This document shows positions 35,901-49,400 of a stretch of DNA of 64,000 bases, in pieces. The stretch lies in contig NW_025963802.1 of assembly GCF_023055435.1 (NCBI RefSeq), positions 16,182,001 to 16,246,000 on the forward strand, in the 5' to 3' direction. The notes beneath the pieces are model-generated. The model worked only from the letters and a program-made list of their open reading frames with translations. It was not told the origin of the DNA and did no database searches. Positions within the stretch are counted from its first letter, which is position 1. Each line of letters begins with the position of its first letter. Source of the stretch: Haliotis rufescens. Taxonomy: Eukaryota. The position numbers were made by a program, and so were the translations under genes.

Positions 35901-37858
35901 TAAGGTTAGTACTAGCATGTGCAACACGCCATGTCCTAGAGTTAAGTATTACCATGTGCAACACACCATGTCCTTGATGGTAGTATCAGCATGTGCCACA
36001 CGCCATGTCCTAGAGGTTAGTATCAGTATGTACAACACGCAATGTCCTAGAGGTAAGTACCAGCATATGAAACACGCCATGTCCTAAAGGGTAGTACCAG
36101 CATGTGCAACATGCCATGTCCTTGAGGTTAGTATCAGCATGTGCAACACGCCATGTCCTTGGGGTAAGTATTAGCATATGCAACACGCCATGTCCTAGAG
36201 GTTAGTATCAGTATGTACAACACGCCATGTCCTAGAGGTAAGTAACTGCATATGCAACACGCCATGTCCTAGAGGTTTGTACTAGCATATGCAACACGCC
36301 ATGTCCTTGAGCTTAGTATCAGCATGTGCAACACACCATGTCCTAGAGGTTAGTATCAGCATGTGCAACACACCATGTCCCAGAGGTTTGTATCAGCATA
36401 TGCAACACGCCATGTCCTAGAGGTTAGTACTAGCATGTGGAACACGCCATGTCCTTGAGGGTAGTATCAGCATGTGCAACACGCCATTTCCTTCGGCTAA
36501 GTATTAGCATGTGCAACACGTCATGTCCTAGAGGTAAGTATAAGCATGTGCAACACGCCATGTCCTAGAGGTTAGTATCAGCATGTGCAACACGCCATGT
36601 CCTTGAGCTTAGTATCAGCATGTGCAACACACCATGTCCTAGAGGTTAGTATCAGCATGTGCAACACGCCATGTCCTAGAGGTTAGTATAAGTAGGTACA
36701 ACACGCCATGTCCTAGAGGTAAGTAACTGCATATGCAACACGCCATGTCCTAGAGGTTTGTACTTGCATATGCAACACGCCATGTCCTTGAGCTTAGTAT
36801 CAACATGTGCAACACACCATGTCCTAGAGGTTAGTATCAGCATGTGCAACACACCATGTCCTAGATGTTTGTATCAGCATATGCAACACGCCATGGCCTA
36901 GGGGTTAGTACTTGCATGTGCAACACGCCATGTCCTTGAGGTAAGTATTAGCAAGTGCAACACGTTATGTCCTAGAGGTAAGTATTAGCAAGTGCAACAC
37001 GCCATGTCCTAGAGGTTAATACTAGTATGTGGAACACGCCATGTCCTTGAGGGTAGTAGCAGCATGTGCCACACGCCATGTCCTAGAGGTTAGTATCAGT
37101 ATGTACAACACGCAATGTCCTAGAGGTAAGTACCAGCATATGAAACACGCCATGTCCTAAAGGGTAGTACCAGCATGTGCAACATGCCATGTCCTTGAGG
37201 TTAGTATCAGCATGTGCAACAAGCCATGTCCTTGGGGTAAGTATTAGCATATGCAACACGCCATGCCCTAGAGGTTAGTATCAGTATGTACAACACGCCA
37301 TGTCCTAGAGGTAAGTAACTGCATATGCAACATGCCATGTCCTAGAGGTTTGTACTAGCATATGCAACACGCCATGTCCTTGAGCTTAGTATCAGCATGT
37401 GCAACACACCATGTCCTAGAGGTTAGTTTCAGCATGTGCAACACGCCATGTCCTAGAGGTTAGTACTAGCATGTGGAACACGCCATGTCCTTGAGGGTAG
37501 TATCAGCATGTGCAACACGCCATTTCCTTCGGCTAAGTATTAGGATATGCAACACGTCATGTCCTAGAGGTAAGTATTAGCATGTGCAACACGCCATGTC
37601 CTTGAGGTAATTTTTAGCATGTGCAACACCCAATGTCCTTGGGGTAAGTATTAGCATGTGCAACACGCCATGTCCTTGAGGTAAGTATCAGCATGTGCAA
37701 CACGCCATGTCCTTGAGGTTAATATCAACATGTGCAGCACGTCATGTCCTTGAGGTAAGTATTAGCAAGTGCAACATGCCATGACTTGAGGGTAGTACCA
37801 GCATATGCAACACGCCATGTCCTAGAGGTTAGTACTAGCATATGAAACACACCATGTC
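32977..37858. repeat. 37-bp satellite (tagaggttagtatcagcatgtgcaacacgccatgtcc), ~130 copies
   Basis: Head-to-tail units with no spacers. TAG stops recur in the unit. Confidence 0.98.
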
Positions 37859-40079
37859 GTGTGCTGGGAAGAGAACTAACAATGAATCATAACGTAACGT
37901 AGGCATAACTAACGGTTCATCGTTACTAAGGGACGGTACGCTGTAAAATTTAATTTAATTTAATTTTTAATAAATTAATCGGATTCATCTATATGAACTT
38001 TTTAAAAATAACTTGTCTTAAAATAAATATAAACTATAAAATAAAATTTTCGAAATACTGTTGAATGATTTCTTATTCAAAGCCACCTCTTCTACTTTTG
38101 AAGTAATTGAATAATTATTAAATTTCCATCCATCCCTCAAATAAAAAAAATCATAAATGTTAATTTATCATGTTCTTTTAAACCTTTCATCCTGAAATGC
38201 TGTAAATGCATTATCTTTCCATTTAAAGGGTAATTTTACACTATAAATGTTGCATTAAACTGATTTCACCGGGGCTAGGAAGTATTAATGTAATTTTCAC
38301 AGAGCTCAATAATTCAAGACAATGTCCTCGTCAGAAATCGCCAAATTAATCCTTGTTAATATTCTTTGTTTTCACATCACGGGTGTTCGGGAAGATGTTG
38401 TCAAAATATCGCGTCTAAATCAGATTTACTCGGCTATATTCCGCGTGCGAGCATGGGTATCAGATTTCAACTGTTCATTATTCAAATCAGGTTCGACACA
38501 TGTACTTGTCGAGCGAGGGAAGAAGGGCGGTTGATTCTGGTTAGTTGATCGGGAAATATTTTACTACAGATTTCGATTGTATAAATCCGCTGAGTCGTTT
38601 GTCATTTTACCATGTTCCATTGTATGTAAATGCGCGATGAGAAATAATCCCGGATCTACACTGTAATTATCGTCGAGCTATCGTAAAGGGATTCATCATC
38701 AACATGGCGTATTGTCGTTTGCGAAACAATCTGAGCGCTTATAATAGGAAAGAGTAGGATTAAGACTGCGCCCAGCTAAGAGGCTTATTTTGTTTTGCGT
38801 GATTTTTACTCGTAGATTTTGTTCATAAACTCCCGGTGCCAGACGTTAAATCCGACTTCATTGTTTGAAACAAATCTGTAATCATTACGAGTCGGGGAAT
38901 ATGAGACGAACAACGTTCTGTTTTCGTAATGTCCCTGTTTCACGTAAATGCTAATTTCATTTTAAGGTCTCGGTGTAAAAAAGCATTGAATACCAGGAGC
39001 TTCATTGAAGTCTCATACACTTCAATATCGAATATAACTCATGTATATCATTAAGAGAAATTTATCAAAACGGTAATATACGATTGAATTGTAAAATAAA
39101 ATCTGAAAATTAATAAAAAAATATTTTGAACACAAAGCAGGAAAATTACGAACATACAGGTATTAAAACTTTATATTAGTACAAGGCAACAAGTGTATTC
39201 AACATTTATAGCATTTGTAACAAAAAATATATTTTTACTGCGATAACAAAAGTATTATAATCCACTATTTATCACCCGGTATGATCTTCGACCACATTTT
39301 GGTAAGTAATACAAACAATTAGAGATCCATGGCAACACATAGGAATAATCTGTCATCAAAACAGAGCATCATCTGACTGGCAGCGCTGTCTCGGCATAGG
39401 TCAATACTCGGAGATACCACTCGACATGTTCACCCAGTACAAGCGTTGCAGTGCTATAGTCTTGACTGACTTAAACAAGGTGAATCTTTAGACGCAATTG
39501 TTAGTCGGTATGTATTCAGAGTAACCATTACAAAAACACGCTGATGGTAACCTTACCAATAAAGGGTATTTTACAATGCCATTTCTGTATGTATTTTCAA
39601 AAGGTATAGGAGGCAAGTTTCAAAGTACTGTTTTATAAACTCTCTTTTCTTTCTGGGTGTTTCCTGCTATGTAGTATAATGAAACAATTGTGTCCTTTGG
39701 AATACATTGTAAATTCCACAGCGTGTGTCCGTCCGATCCTAACTAAAATCATGTATTTCCAATATACCAAACTTGAATATTGTTTTAAATATTTTGTCCA
39801 CTGATATTTGTTTTAATTAATGAATTAATGGAAGAACCAGGCTCTGATGAACACAACTTCGCCGGACCATGTTATGAAGGACATATTTGACTGAGCCCAT
39901 TTGTGAGAATAGTCACGAAACAACAGAATATGGAACGGGAACAATGTGAAGACTTGGCGACATGCATGTTAGGGGTATGTACACACGAGGGGAATACCTA
40001 CACAAACCCAACATGACATGACTGGACATTCAAGAACCAGAAGGTCGTGCATAATTCTCTGTAACAGTCGTACTTTTGC

Positions 40080-40087
40080 TACTTCCA

Positions 40088-40129
<42 letters not shown>

Positions 40130-40575
40130 GCTGCTGCTGCTACTTCTGACAACATCTTCTACATCCAACAATAACAACATCTACTACTAATGCTGCTCTC
40201 CTATTGCTACTATTATTACTTCTACTGTTGCTTCTTCTTCTACTACTACTACTACTACTATTGTTGCTGCTGTTTCTGCTACGTCTAACAACTACTACCA
40301 CATCCAACAATAACAACATCTACTACCAATGCTGCTCTTCTATTGCTACTATTATTAATACTACTGTTGCTGCTACTACTACTACTACAACTGCTACTGC
40401 TGCTGCTGCTACTACTACTACATCCAACAATAACAACATCTATTACCAATGCTGCTCTTCTATTGCTACAACTATTACTTCTCCTGCTGCTGTAATCGTA
40501 CTGTAGTGGCTACTACTACAACTACTTCTACAACAACAACTGGTACCACCACTTCGTCTTCTGCTACTACTTCCT
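40080..40575. repeat. (CTA)n-rich region with three copies of a ~60-bp unit
   Basis: acatccaacaataacaacatcta...aatgctgctc at ~40161, 40299 and 40419. Confidence 0.9.
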
Positions 40576-41087
40576 ACCACTGATAACATCTATTAGTGAT
40601 GTCGACGCGTGTTGCAAACTCAATAGATCCTGGTCCACGTCCCTGAATATGTAGTATCTGCTGACCCCGTCAAACCCAACACACATCCACTGCTGCTTCT
40701 ACAGCACTACAACCACGTTTTTACTGAAAATACATTTTGTCCACACGCACAAAAGTAGATTAAAGCAGAAAGGAAAAAGAATAGAAACTAATGTTGAGAG
40801 GAAGTTGATTGTTCTATGTTTTTAGATAGATATCTTTTGGGAAATTCAGCGCCAAATTCGATATTGTTTATCAAACAGCTTTCCTGCTGTGAAAAGAAAC
40901 CTTTTGCACATTTAGTATATAATGCCTTTAGATGTACACCGTTTTAAGTCGCGACCACGGAATCATTTAATTACTTGTCAGCTTTTCGCTATCTAGTTTC
41001 ACAGAACGCGGGCTAACTAATGTTGTTTTCGGTGACCATAAAAGAGACGCTTCTTTCTTTAACCGCATGAGTTGAATATACATTTAC

Positions 41088-41281
41088 ATCTGCAATTCTA
41101 TAAACAAATCACCCAGGGACATCCGCAACATGTTTTTGTCCTTATAAACCATAAGAAATCTTCTCGTGCTATTAATATCATTATCCAGATGAATCGAGCC
41201 AGAATGTTGGAAATCTTTTGATTTTATATGAAAACGCATAGTGTTTAACTTCAAAGGACAAATGCCGTTGTTTTGTAGCCT
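41088..41281 (-). CDS. Isolated candidate coding exon, product unknown
   Basis: Pyrimidine tract plus tacag acceptor, 194 nt open in phase 0 (RLQNNGICPLKLNT...LFIELQ), GTAAAT donor. No recognised homology or partner exons. Confidence 0.2.
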
Positions 41282-44200
41282 CTGTAACACAATTTGAAGG
41301 GGAGAAAAGAAAACAAGGAGTTATCATTAGCGGTTGAATCTGAGCTTCAAATTGTCATTGGAAGAAGGATGAGTGCTTTCCTTGGTTTGGACATCACATT
41401 TTCTTGTCGGTATCCCCGCTAGATGTGAGTCCCTTGGCGACAGAGCCTACCAGTGCCATTCATCAAACATTTCCCAGAAGGCCTGATTAGCGGACGGAGC
41501 TTCCGTACCTGCGCACAATCATGTCAAATACCGATATTCACGCTGTGGACGGACTTGATAATGTTACAGGCATTACGATTGCAGATGCTGCCGGATTCAA
41601 CAATACAAAATCTTGAACATAATATTCTTTCTTAAAACAGTCAGAGGACCACTGTAACAAAGACAGATTTACATCTGTTGACTACTATCACAATATGCAT
41701 ACGTTGTAAGATTTTATTTAGGTTTGAAATATTTTGAAAAGATATAAATTTCTTTATTTGGTATCAATTCCGTTGTGTCAAGCATGAGCTGGAATTAATT
41801 TCTGGTGCAGAGTCTTTTCATGAGTTTGAAGTAAAAGATTCTTGAACACCTTGAAATCCCTTGACGCTGATCTGTCATTGAGCGACACGATGTCTTTTTT
41901 TTCTGAATGAATATCAAATTGAGATTTGCGTTACTCAAGCTGATATACGCCATGGTACTATTGTCATGTCAACGGCCATTCCTTAAGTTGACTCTTTTCC
42001 TGTCCAATCAATTTAGCAAGACATATTATTCTTTCAAATTTCAAATCATATCAGTTGATACAATGGCTTGCGCTCGGATTCCCTATTGCAAGTTCCGCCT
42101 ACTTATTTTAGTGTATTTTCAATGAAACCAGGTATATAATATCGATTTTGTCAAATAATGCTGAAGCTTATTCATGTCACTGAGGTTGTAAACACATCAG
42201 ATTTTACAAAAGCCCCATCACGGATCCCGCCAACTCAATCCACGTCTAAAATAGTGCGTGTTTTGCTGTCATAATGGGCATACAGGGAACCAGATTGGAT
42301 CCTTCAATCCCTCAGATGTGAGCACAGTTATGCTGTCTCAGGCGGGAGAGCTCCCAAGGGGAGACAAGTCATTAGAGAGGATTTTGCGCCCATTTAGCTG
42401 AGAGGCTGGTGACTGTCGCGGCCGACAATATCCTCTTATATCCCGACAGCCTCTCGGGCTGCCGTCAAACGGCCTTTATCCGGTTTGCACTCTTCCCGCA
42501 ATTCGTCCATTGTTGGGCCAAATGACAGTATTTCACGTAAACGTATTAGCGAACAATTAGCGCTCCTTCAGTCGGTCCTTGTATCTTCTTTGTGGACACT
42601 ACCGGGAGTCTACTGGGTCCACTTGAGCGACTGAGATCGGCAAGTTTCGTGACCTTCTGCTGTTACCGATTCCGTCTATTTTCCCGCCTTTTCCTTTGGC
42701 AAGCAGACGACACGAAACGGAGGAGAAAGTCTCGACAAATTGGACCATTTAAAACTATGCTTTGAGCAATTTACTTCTTATGTCAATGATTTATGTTTTT
42801 GTAAATATGTTGAGCCTGTACAAGAATAACTTAAGACACAAATCAACTGCTGGAATCTTTTTTCTTCGTCTAATGCAACGAAATTACACTGCCAAAAATA
42901 AACTGTTTCTTACACATCATGGCCTAAACTTGGAATTTGGTTTATAATCTAAACATGTTTAAGTTCTAAACATATAGTCTTAACATCAAATGCTTCTAAA
43001 TTAAGAAAAATAAGTTCAAATAAGTACCCTTAACGTGGTGCTGTATATAACAAAGAGGGACGAAACACTTACGGTTTTAGGAGAATCTGGAATTTGTGTG
43101 TAAACATATTTGAACTGAATTTGTATTAAATACTAATATGTTGTAAATATTAAAAACATGAACATGCCCCCACACAATGATCAACATTTGTTTCCAGTAT
43201 TTTGCGTGCAATTTTATCAAGGCTCTTCTTGAATATTGTTCGAAGCGGCGTTAAACCATACCCACTCACTCACCCAAGGTTTTTCATGAATGTGATATGC
43301 CGATTGATATACCGACAGTGGGCCTGCTGTAGACCTAGTGGCGTTCTTACCGTTGGTTCTATTAGGTATGTTCTACACGTGAACATCCGAGTTAGAATTG
43401 GTCTTCAGCAACCCATGCTTGTCATAGACCTAAACATGTCTATCGTATTTAGTTTGTTTATACATTTCTTATAGTGTAAAATGTTCCTGTTATTAGAAAC
43501 TATTTAGCAAGTGGTACATTGAAGTAGTGTTTATTATTACGTTCAATAATGATAGTTATAATAATATTTATGGCCTTCTGTGCAAAAGTATATGGAGTGC
43601 ATTTGCGTCAATTTACTTCATTATAAACACAAGCTATTACTTCTAAAACATTTTAGGGTAGTAGGGCAACTTCTAGTAGACTAGATACACACATAACTCA
43701 CTTCAAACTCACACAAGGCAAGCCAGCCTGTATTATTGTACGTGTGAACGTCACCTCACATATGCACTTTTTTAACTGAATCTTAAAAGTTGTCTCCTTT
43801 TGCGACGATAACCTTCCATATTAGGGACAGTTATATAACATGGGTAGCGGGTGAAACTGTATCAACATCTTCATCCAACACAACCCGCATCTTCTTGTAC
43901 ATTTAATTTCGTTGTCTATGAAAAAATAGTTTTATAATTTTTCATCTGTTTCTCCGTGACATCAGATTGCAAAAGTAATGTTGTAATTAAACTTGAAAAT
44001 AACAGCGAAAAAATGATTTTCTCCATCCCCTTTCACCCCACCCCTTCCGCTCACCCCTAGGGCATGCGTATCCCAGACTCAATTATTTCATTTGATAAAT
44101 GACCGGTGCCTTATGTCCTTGTGATTGTCTCCAAGTGGAGCCATTGTTATATTCAAGTGTTCGCAATTGGACGATATTAATTTCCAGCTGACATATTTAC

Positions 44201-44287
44201 TCTTTATGAAAACTTAATGCCGTTAGTCCGGCAACCCTGTCTACCGTCAAAGTACTGTTGACAGCGTCTGTACATGATGAAATACGT

Positions 44288-44492
44288 TTTTGTCTCTTTG
44301 TTGTTTAACGCCGCACTCAGTGAAATATTCCAGCTGTATGACGACGGTCTGTAAATAATAACATCTGGACCAGACAATCCAGTGATTGACATCGTGAGCA
44401 TCAATCCACGCAATTGGGATACGATGACATGCATCAAACAAGTCAGCGAGCCTGACAACCCTATCCCGTTAGTCGCCTCTTACGCCAAGCAT
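44288..44492 (-). mobile_element. SINE family C, head-truncated
   Basis: gtttaacgccgcactcag...cccgttagtcgcctcttacg. Confidence 0.88.
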
Positions 44493-44545
44493 GGAACAGA
44501 TTACGCTCACCTTTTCGCGAACACCTGGTGTCATCACTGTTTGAT
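44492..44545 (+). mobile_element. Family P core fragment (the only plus-strand copy)
   Basis: acgctcaccttttcgcgaacacctggtgtcatcactg. Confidence 0.65.
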
Positions 44546-46059
44546 CGTGATACATGATATGATCGCAGTCGTACAATGGAGACTTTGTGGAAATGGTTTT
44601 GTCGCTTTTAGGGCTGAAGACCTTTTCTAGTCCGGACCTTCATTGGGTCATGATGGAAAAAACATTCCTAGGCACCAATAGTTCTTTAATCCGGAACTTT
44701 CTATATCTGGACGATTTCACAGGACGCCGTACATTCCATATTAACGGGGTTTATTTAAAAAAAAATACATTACATTTGTAGAATCTTAAGATTCAAATGT
44801 ATTCTTTTCATTTTATACGTGCAACTTCAATCTAAAGAAACGTCTGCTAAAGAAGACATCTTATTATAATTGGGCGTTTGGTTCAAAAGAAAAAGCTGGA
44901 AATGTATGTTTAAAACGTAGTCTTTGTTAGCTAGAGGCGACTGTGTAAAATTAGGATGAAAAAACTATTGTTCCTCGGTGCCACAACCTAAACAGCGACT
45001 TGTGTTTCTATTTCACAGCCCTTGTTATTGTAATCGTTCTTCGGCTTCGTATTTCGTTTCAGGAGACGAAAGGGAAGGCGGAAGTTGGACGTGTTTTTTA
45101 TCCACCCCAGGGGGAGCTGATCAATGGAGTATACGGTTTGCGAGAGAGCCTGCGTGTGCTTTAAATTAGGGCCTCACCATCGCCAGCCTCCCTCTGTAGA
45201 GTAAACATGTTTCTATTGATACTGGGTAACGGTAGACAATGCTGAGATTGGATGAACTATTTTGAAAATGTTAAAAAGTGTGAAATTAGTCATTATCTAC
45301 GTAAATGTTAGTATTCCATTGAGTCTCGTTTCGGTCAAAAATTAAGACCCAAGTGCACTTTAACACATTCCAAATATTGATTGTTAATGTGGCTTGTCGT
45401 TTTTACCATTACACAGTTTTTATTGTCTCGTATCACAATAAGAGAATGAATACAGTAGTCAAAGACAAAGTTCACATGATTGATAGCATAATTATATTTA
45501 TTTAAGGAAATAATCCGACTTATTCAGGAATCAAAGTGTATTTCATTTCGTTGTTCGATAGTCCTACGCAGACCTGGGACCCTTGAATACTTAATCACGA
45601 ATAAGAGGTCTTGTGTATTTTCAGTTAACTGTTTGTTCAATACTAGTAATATTTACTACACTGAAAAGTCTTATCTTATAAATTAAACATCACCACTAGT
45701 AACAGAATTAACAAGTAAGGAGAACAGGGGCATACACTTAACACGCAGTATTTGTATTTCAGGTAGGACTGACCATTGATATTCTGGGTCGGGGTGGGGT
45801 GTTTGGATTGTATAAAAAAATAATTATGCTACAGAGAGTTGAAAAAAAGGATTGCTTGCAACAAAATTTACGTCAGGGATGAACGGATGAAAAGCCACAA
45901 GCATGAGTTTGGTACTGACAGACCGTGGATCGTAATCAGACGCAATTCTCAAGCTGCGGAACACATCACCACTGGTCTACCTTATGCAGTATGCAGTAGA
46001 TATATTTCCAATATGGTATCAGCTTGTCGGAAACAGAACAAGATGACTTGCCTGTCTGA

Positions 46060-46225
46060 CCTATGATCGTGGGTTCGAATCCCAGATTCGCCAAATGTCA
46101 CTGTGTTCGTCAGCACGATACCCGTACACCAAACTGGTAAACGTCTCAGACTTACATCACTGCAGGTGTTTCTCCAACAGCAAGCTGACACGCCGTGATA
46201 TAACTGAAATACTGTTCAAAAGTAG
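46060..46225 (+). mobile_element. SINE family B, 3' part
   Basis: ctatgatcgtgggttcgaatccc...ggtaaacgtctcagac...aagctgacacgccgtgatataactgaaatactgtt. Confidence 0.75.
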
Positions 46226-46241
46226 CCATCAACTAAATATA

Positions 46242-46400
46242 GAACGTCAACGTCAGAGAATAATCAGTCTCGATTATCTACCAAAACAGATTCCATTTGG
46301 CGTGAAAGGCGATATAGTGATGAAAATTATATGAATGGATTAAAATCAGTGATGACACCAGGTGTTCGCGAAAGTGGTAAGCATGTCCGTGTCGCTCACT
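46242..46400 (-). mobile_element. Family P repeat
   Basis: aacgtcaacgtcagagaataatcagtctcgattatc...cagtgatgacaccaggtgttcgcgaaagtggtaagcatgtcc. Confidence 0.75.
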
Positions 46401-49400
46401 CACTTCTATGATAACCGTGGTCTAAAAATTTCTAAATTTAATTGCTTTAGGTTTGGATATTTTATCCCACACTTGCTCCTTAAACGTAAAGTAGACGTCA
46501 GCAACGTGACAGTGACGTCCATATATCTGCACATTGTCAGATGAGAGGAAGACGATGTAACTCCTCACAGATTGACCTGTCGCTGATAAGGGTACTTGAG
46601 TCCTGTGGATTTATTACATATGCGACCAGTCAAATACCTGCTTCTGCTGATGCTACTCATAAAATATGCACGTTTTATTAATATAATGCATTTGATTAAT
46701 ATAGTATGCTATTTTTGTCTACGTCTACACGGTCACATGTCGTAGATTGTGTTCACTGCTTCACGACATACGATAAGCAGAACAGTTAATTAGTTTCGCG
46801 AAACTTCTTTTTCGGGACATCCACATCCATCCATCTTTGCTGATGTAAAACGTACGGATGCTAAATTATTTTTTTCATCTATTTTCTGAAAACCCAGAAT
46901 AGAACAGAATAGAATATCAACTTGTATGTCTCGCTTGTGTCTGAATTAATCGACAGTGTCATGCGATGGCCATAAACCCTGTCCAAGGCGTTCTGGAAAT
47001 TCAAACCAACCAAAGCATCCGTGCATAACTCAAGTGTTAATATTGAAATTGAGAGGAGTAACTTCTTTACAACAAAATACGTTTACTCTAATTGAAAAAA
47101 TAAATTGTTTTCTAAACGGAAATACATCATAGGCATTTTGACAGATTAAAAAGTGTTTACAAACAGAAAACAGATTTAATTGGTAAAAAAACAACTAACA
47201 ACTTGTACACGTTGTGTGCAAGACAAACGGAACATCATTTCCATTCTTGAAGGCACCACCACCCCCGGCCATTCTGTCACTTGCCATAATTTCACGGCTA
47301 ACTAACCAACACTTCTTGAGCCTCCCAGTTAAAGTTTCACTAATGGTGCATTTTTTTGCTATTTGTGTTTGGAATATTAAGCCATCCATTTCCAAAGAGA
47401 GCAATCTAGGACAGTCTGTATGTAAATCGACTTACAAGAGCTTATTTCAACTGGCTTTTTTCTCTTCCCAAACAGGTGTAGCTTTTGCAGTATAACAATC
47501 TATTGAAGAAAGAACTGACATCGTTAAACTGTATTACAGAGGTGACTGCAACCTTCTGTGAAGGCTGATTATGATAAAATCCCAGCTCAACTCGATCTGG
47601 CCAAGACATTTTCCGAGAAGGAGAAAGTTTTAAAGTGCTGCAATTGGAACCTTCCCATGACCACGTCGTTAAGATGCATGCGGCCGGTGGCAATATATGC
47701 AGCACGCATCTGGCGAGGGGTGGTGTCATAATTCCTCGTCCATTTTGCTAATTATACCGTTTGATATTAATAAACCAGATTCCGATATGTTGGTATTTGA
47801 AAGTGTCCAATATCTACAGTGAACCTTACAAGTAATTTACATGGCCATGAATAGTGTCCATATTGTTTTGGGGCTTGTTTATGGTGGACAATTAAAGTGG
47901 GAAATGTGTTTTGAGACAGTCCCCACATTTTGATCACATATGTGTGTAGGTAAGGATGAGGATGCTGGAGTCACACATGATTCCTGTTGTCACAATACCT
48001 CACACATGTAATGAAGTAATCTTAAACAAACACCCGTCTTTTGTAGTGTCAAATGATACAGGCTTCAGACTCCTATAGTCAACACGCATGCGTCATACGA
48101 TATCAGTCTTATCGGCACTTCTGGAATTTGAATTTAAACATATTGAGTAGACGATGGTTTCCATCAAGTAGCTGGTTGTTTTTCCGTCGCATGTTGTAAT
48201 CGTATGCCGGCTGTAAGACTTGTAGCAATATTCAAAACAAATGACTTATAACAACAGCCGGCAACATGCTCACCGTATGTGGAAAAAAGATACACATCTT
48301 CACACAATTCAGGCGTAAGGCACACTACATTCAAAAGCAAAAGTAGCTGTGTCTGTATAATATTCTTAAATGCAACTCACAATTTCTCCATTTTTGTGAA
48401 GATTAATTGGACTAAATATGAAAGCAATATTTTTATCAGATTTGATTTTAAATTGGAAGAAAAACAACTTCAAAACTTCAAATTCAATTTTAACCAGCAT
48501 TTTGGTTCTTTACGCCGATTGAGGTGTAATGTCTTCATCCTTTCAGAGACACAATAACAGTAAAGGGGGAGTCGAAGTTACAATACGCATCAAACTACCC
48601 TGGTCTGTGGGAAGTGGAGTAGAGGACAGATCCATGTACAAAGGCCATAAAACAGCTGGAACATTGCTGAGTGTGGCGTTAAACAACAAACAAAGAAACA
48701 AAGACATGCGATTTATATTATCCAATTTAAAAATAATTTTCAGTTATCAATACATTAGTATGAATACGGTTACTTTTGCTTTGGTAAATTCTGTCCTGTC
48801 TCTACTTAGGCCTCGTGGGGATATGCTGTCTCTAAGGTAAAAATTTAATGGCAAATTAAACGTTTTCCATTACTGTCTACAAGATGTACGTATAATACTA
48901 TATTTACCATAACAACGTGTCTCTGTTTACCCTCGTTGAGAAATACTGTCTAAAAGTAAAAGTTTAATGTCATATTCACACATCGCTGTATCTCTCTCGG
49001 CCCTCGTGGGGAAATGGTGTCTAACAGGTACCTGGCTTAATGTCATATGTATTTCAGCACCGTCTACATCTGGACGTTCAAAGAGAAACTCTGGATTAAA
49101 GATGAGCATTTCTACTATTGTAATAGTTTTGCAATATTTACAATAGCATAATGATACTATTGCAATATAGGTAAAGGTAGGTTTATGATATTTAATTAAT
49201 AATCCCTCCTCAATGTACACTTTGTATTATTCCACACACGGCTCACTCGATCATGATCACCAGATCCAGTAGATTGTTGCGGGTAAAAGTATAGCGGGGC
49301 ATCAGTTATTTAAACTACAGATAGTTTAACTGGTCATTGATGTTTCAATCGGACGATCAGTAATTGCGATGTATGGATAGTCGATCAGTCTGTACAGTGC

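Noticed and set aside
32977-37858. CRISPR array (37-bp repeats)
   Set aside because: Units are head-to-tail with no unique spacers, there are no cas genes, and the context is eukaryotic.
38203-38220. taaatgcattatct, similar to the miR-277 5' half
   Set aside because: The 3' half diverges and no hairpin partner arm is evident.
39378-39420. Weak 5S rRNA C-box-like string
   Set aside because: Similarity is too low and the rest of the 5S sequence is missing.
47195-47745. Adjacent minus-strand ORFs as one gene or selenoprotein
   Set aside because: Interrupted by TAA/TAG as well as TGA, with no recognisable domain and no SECIS seen.
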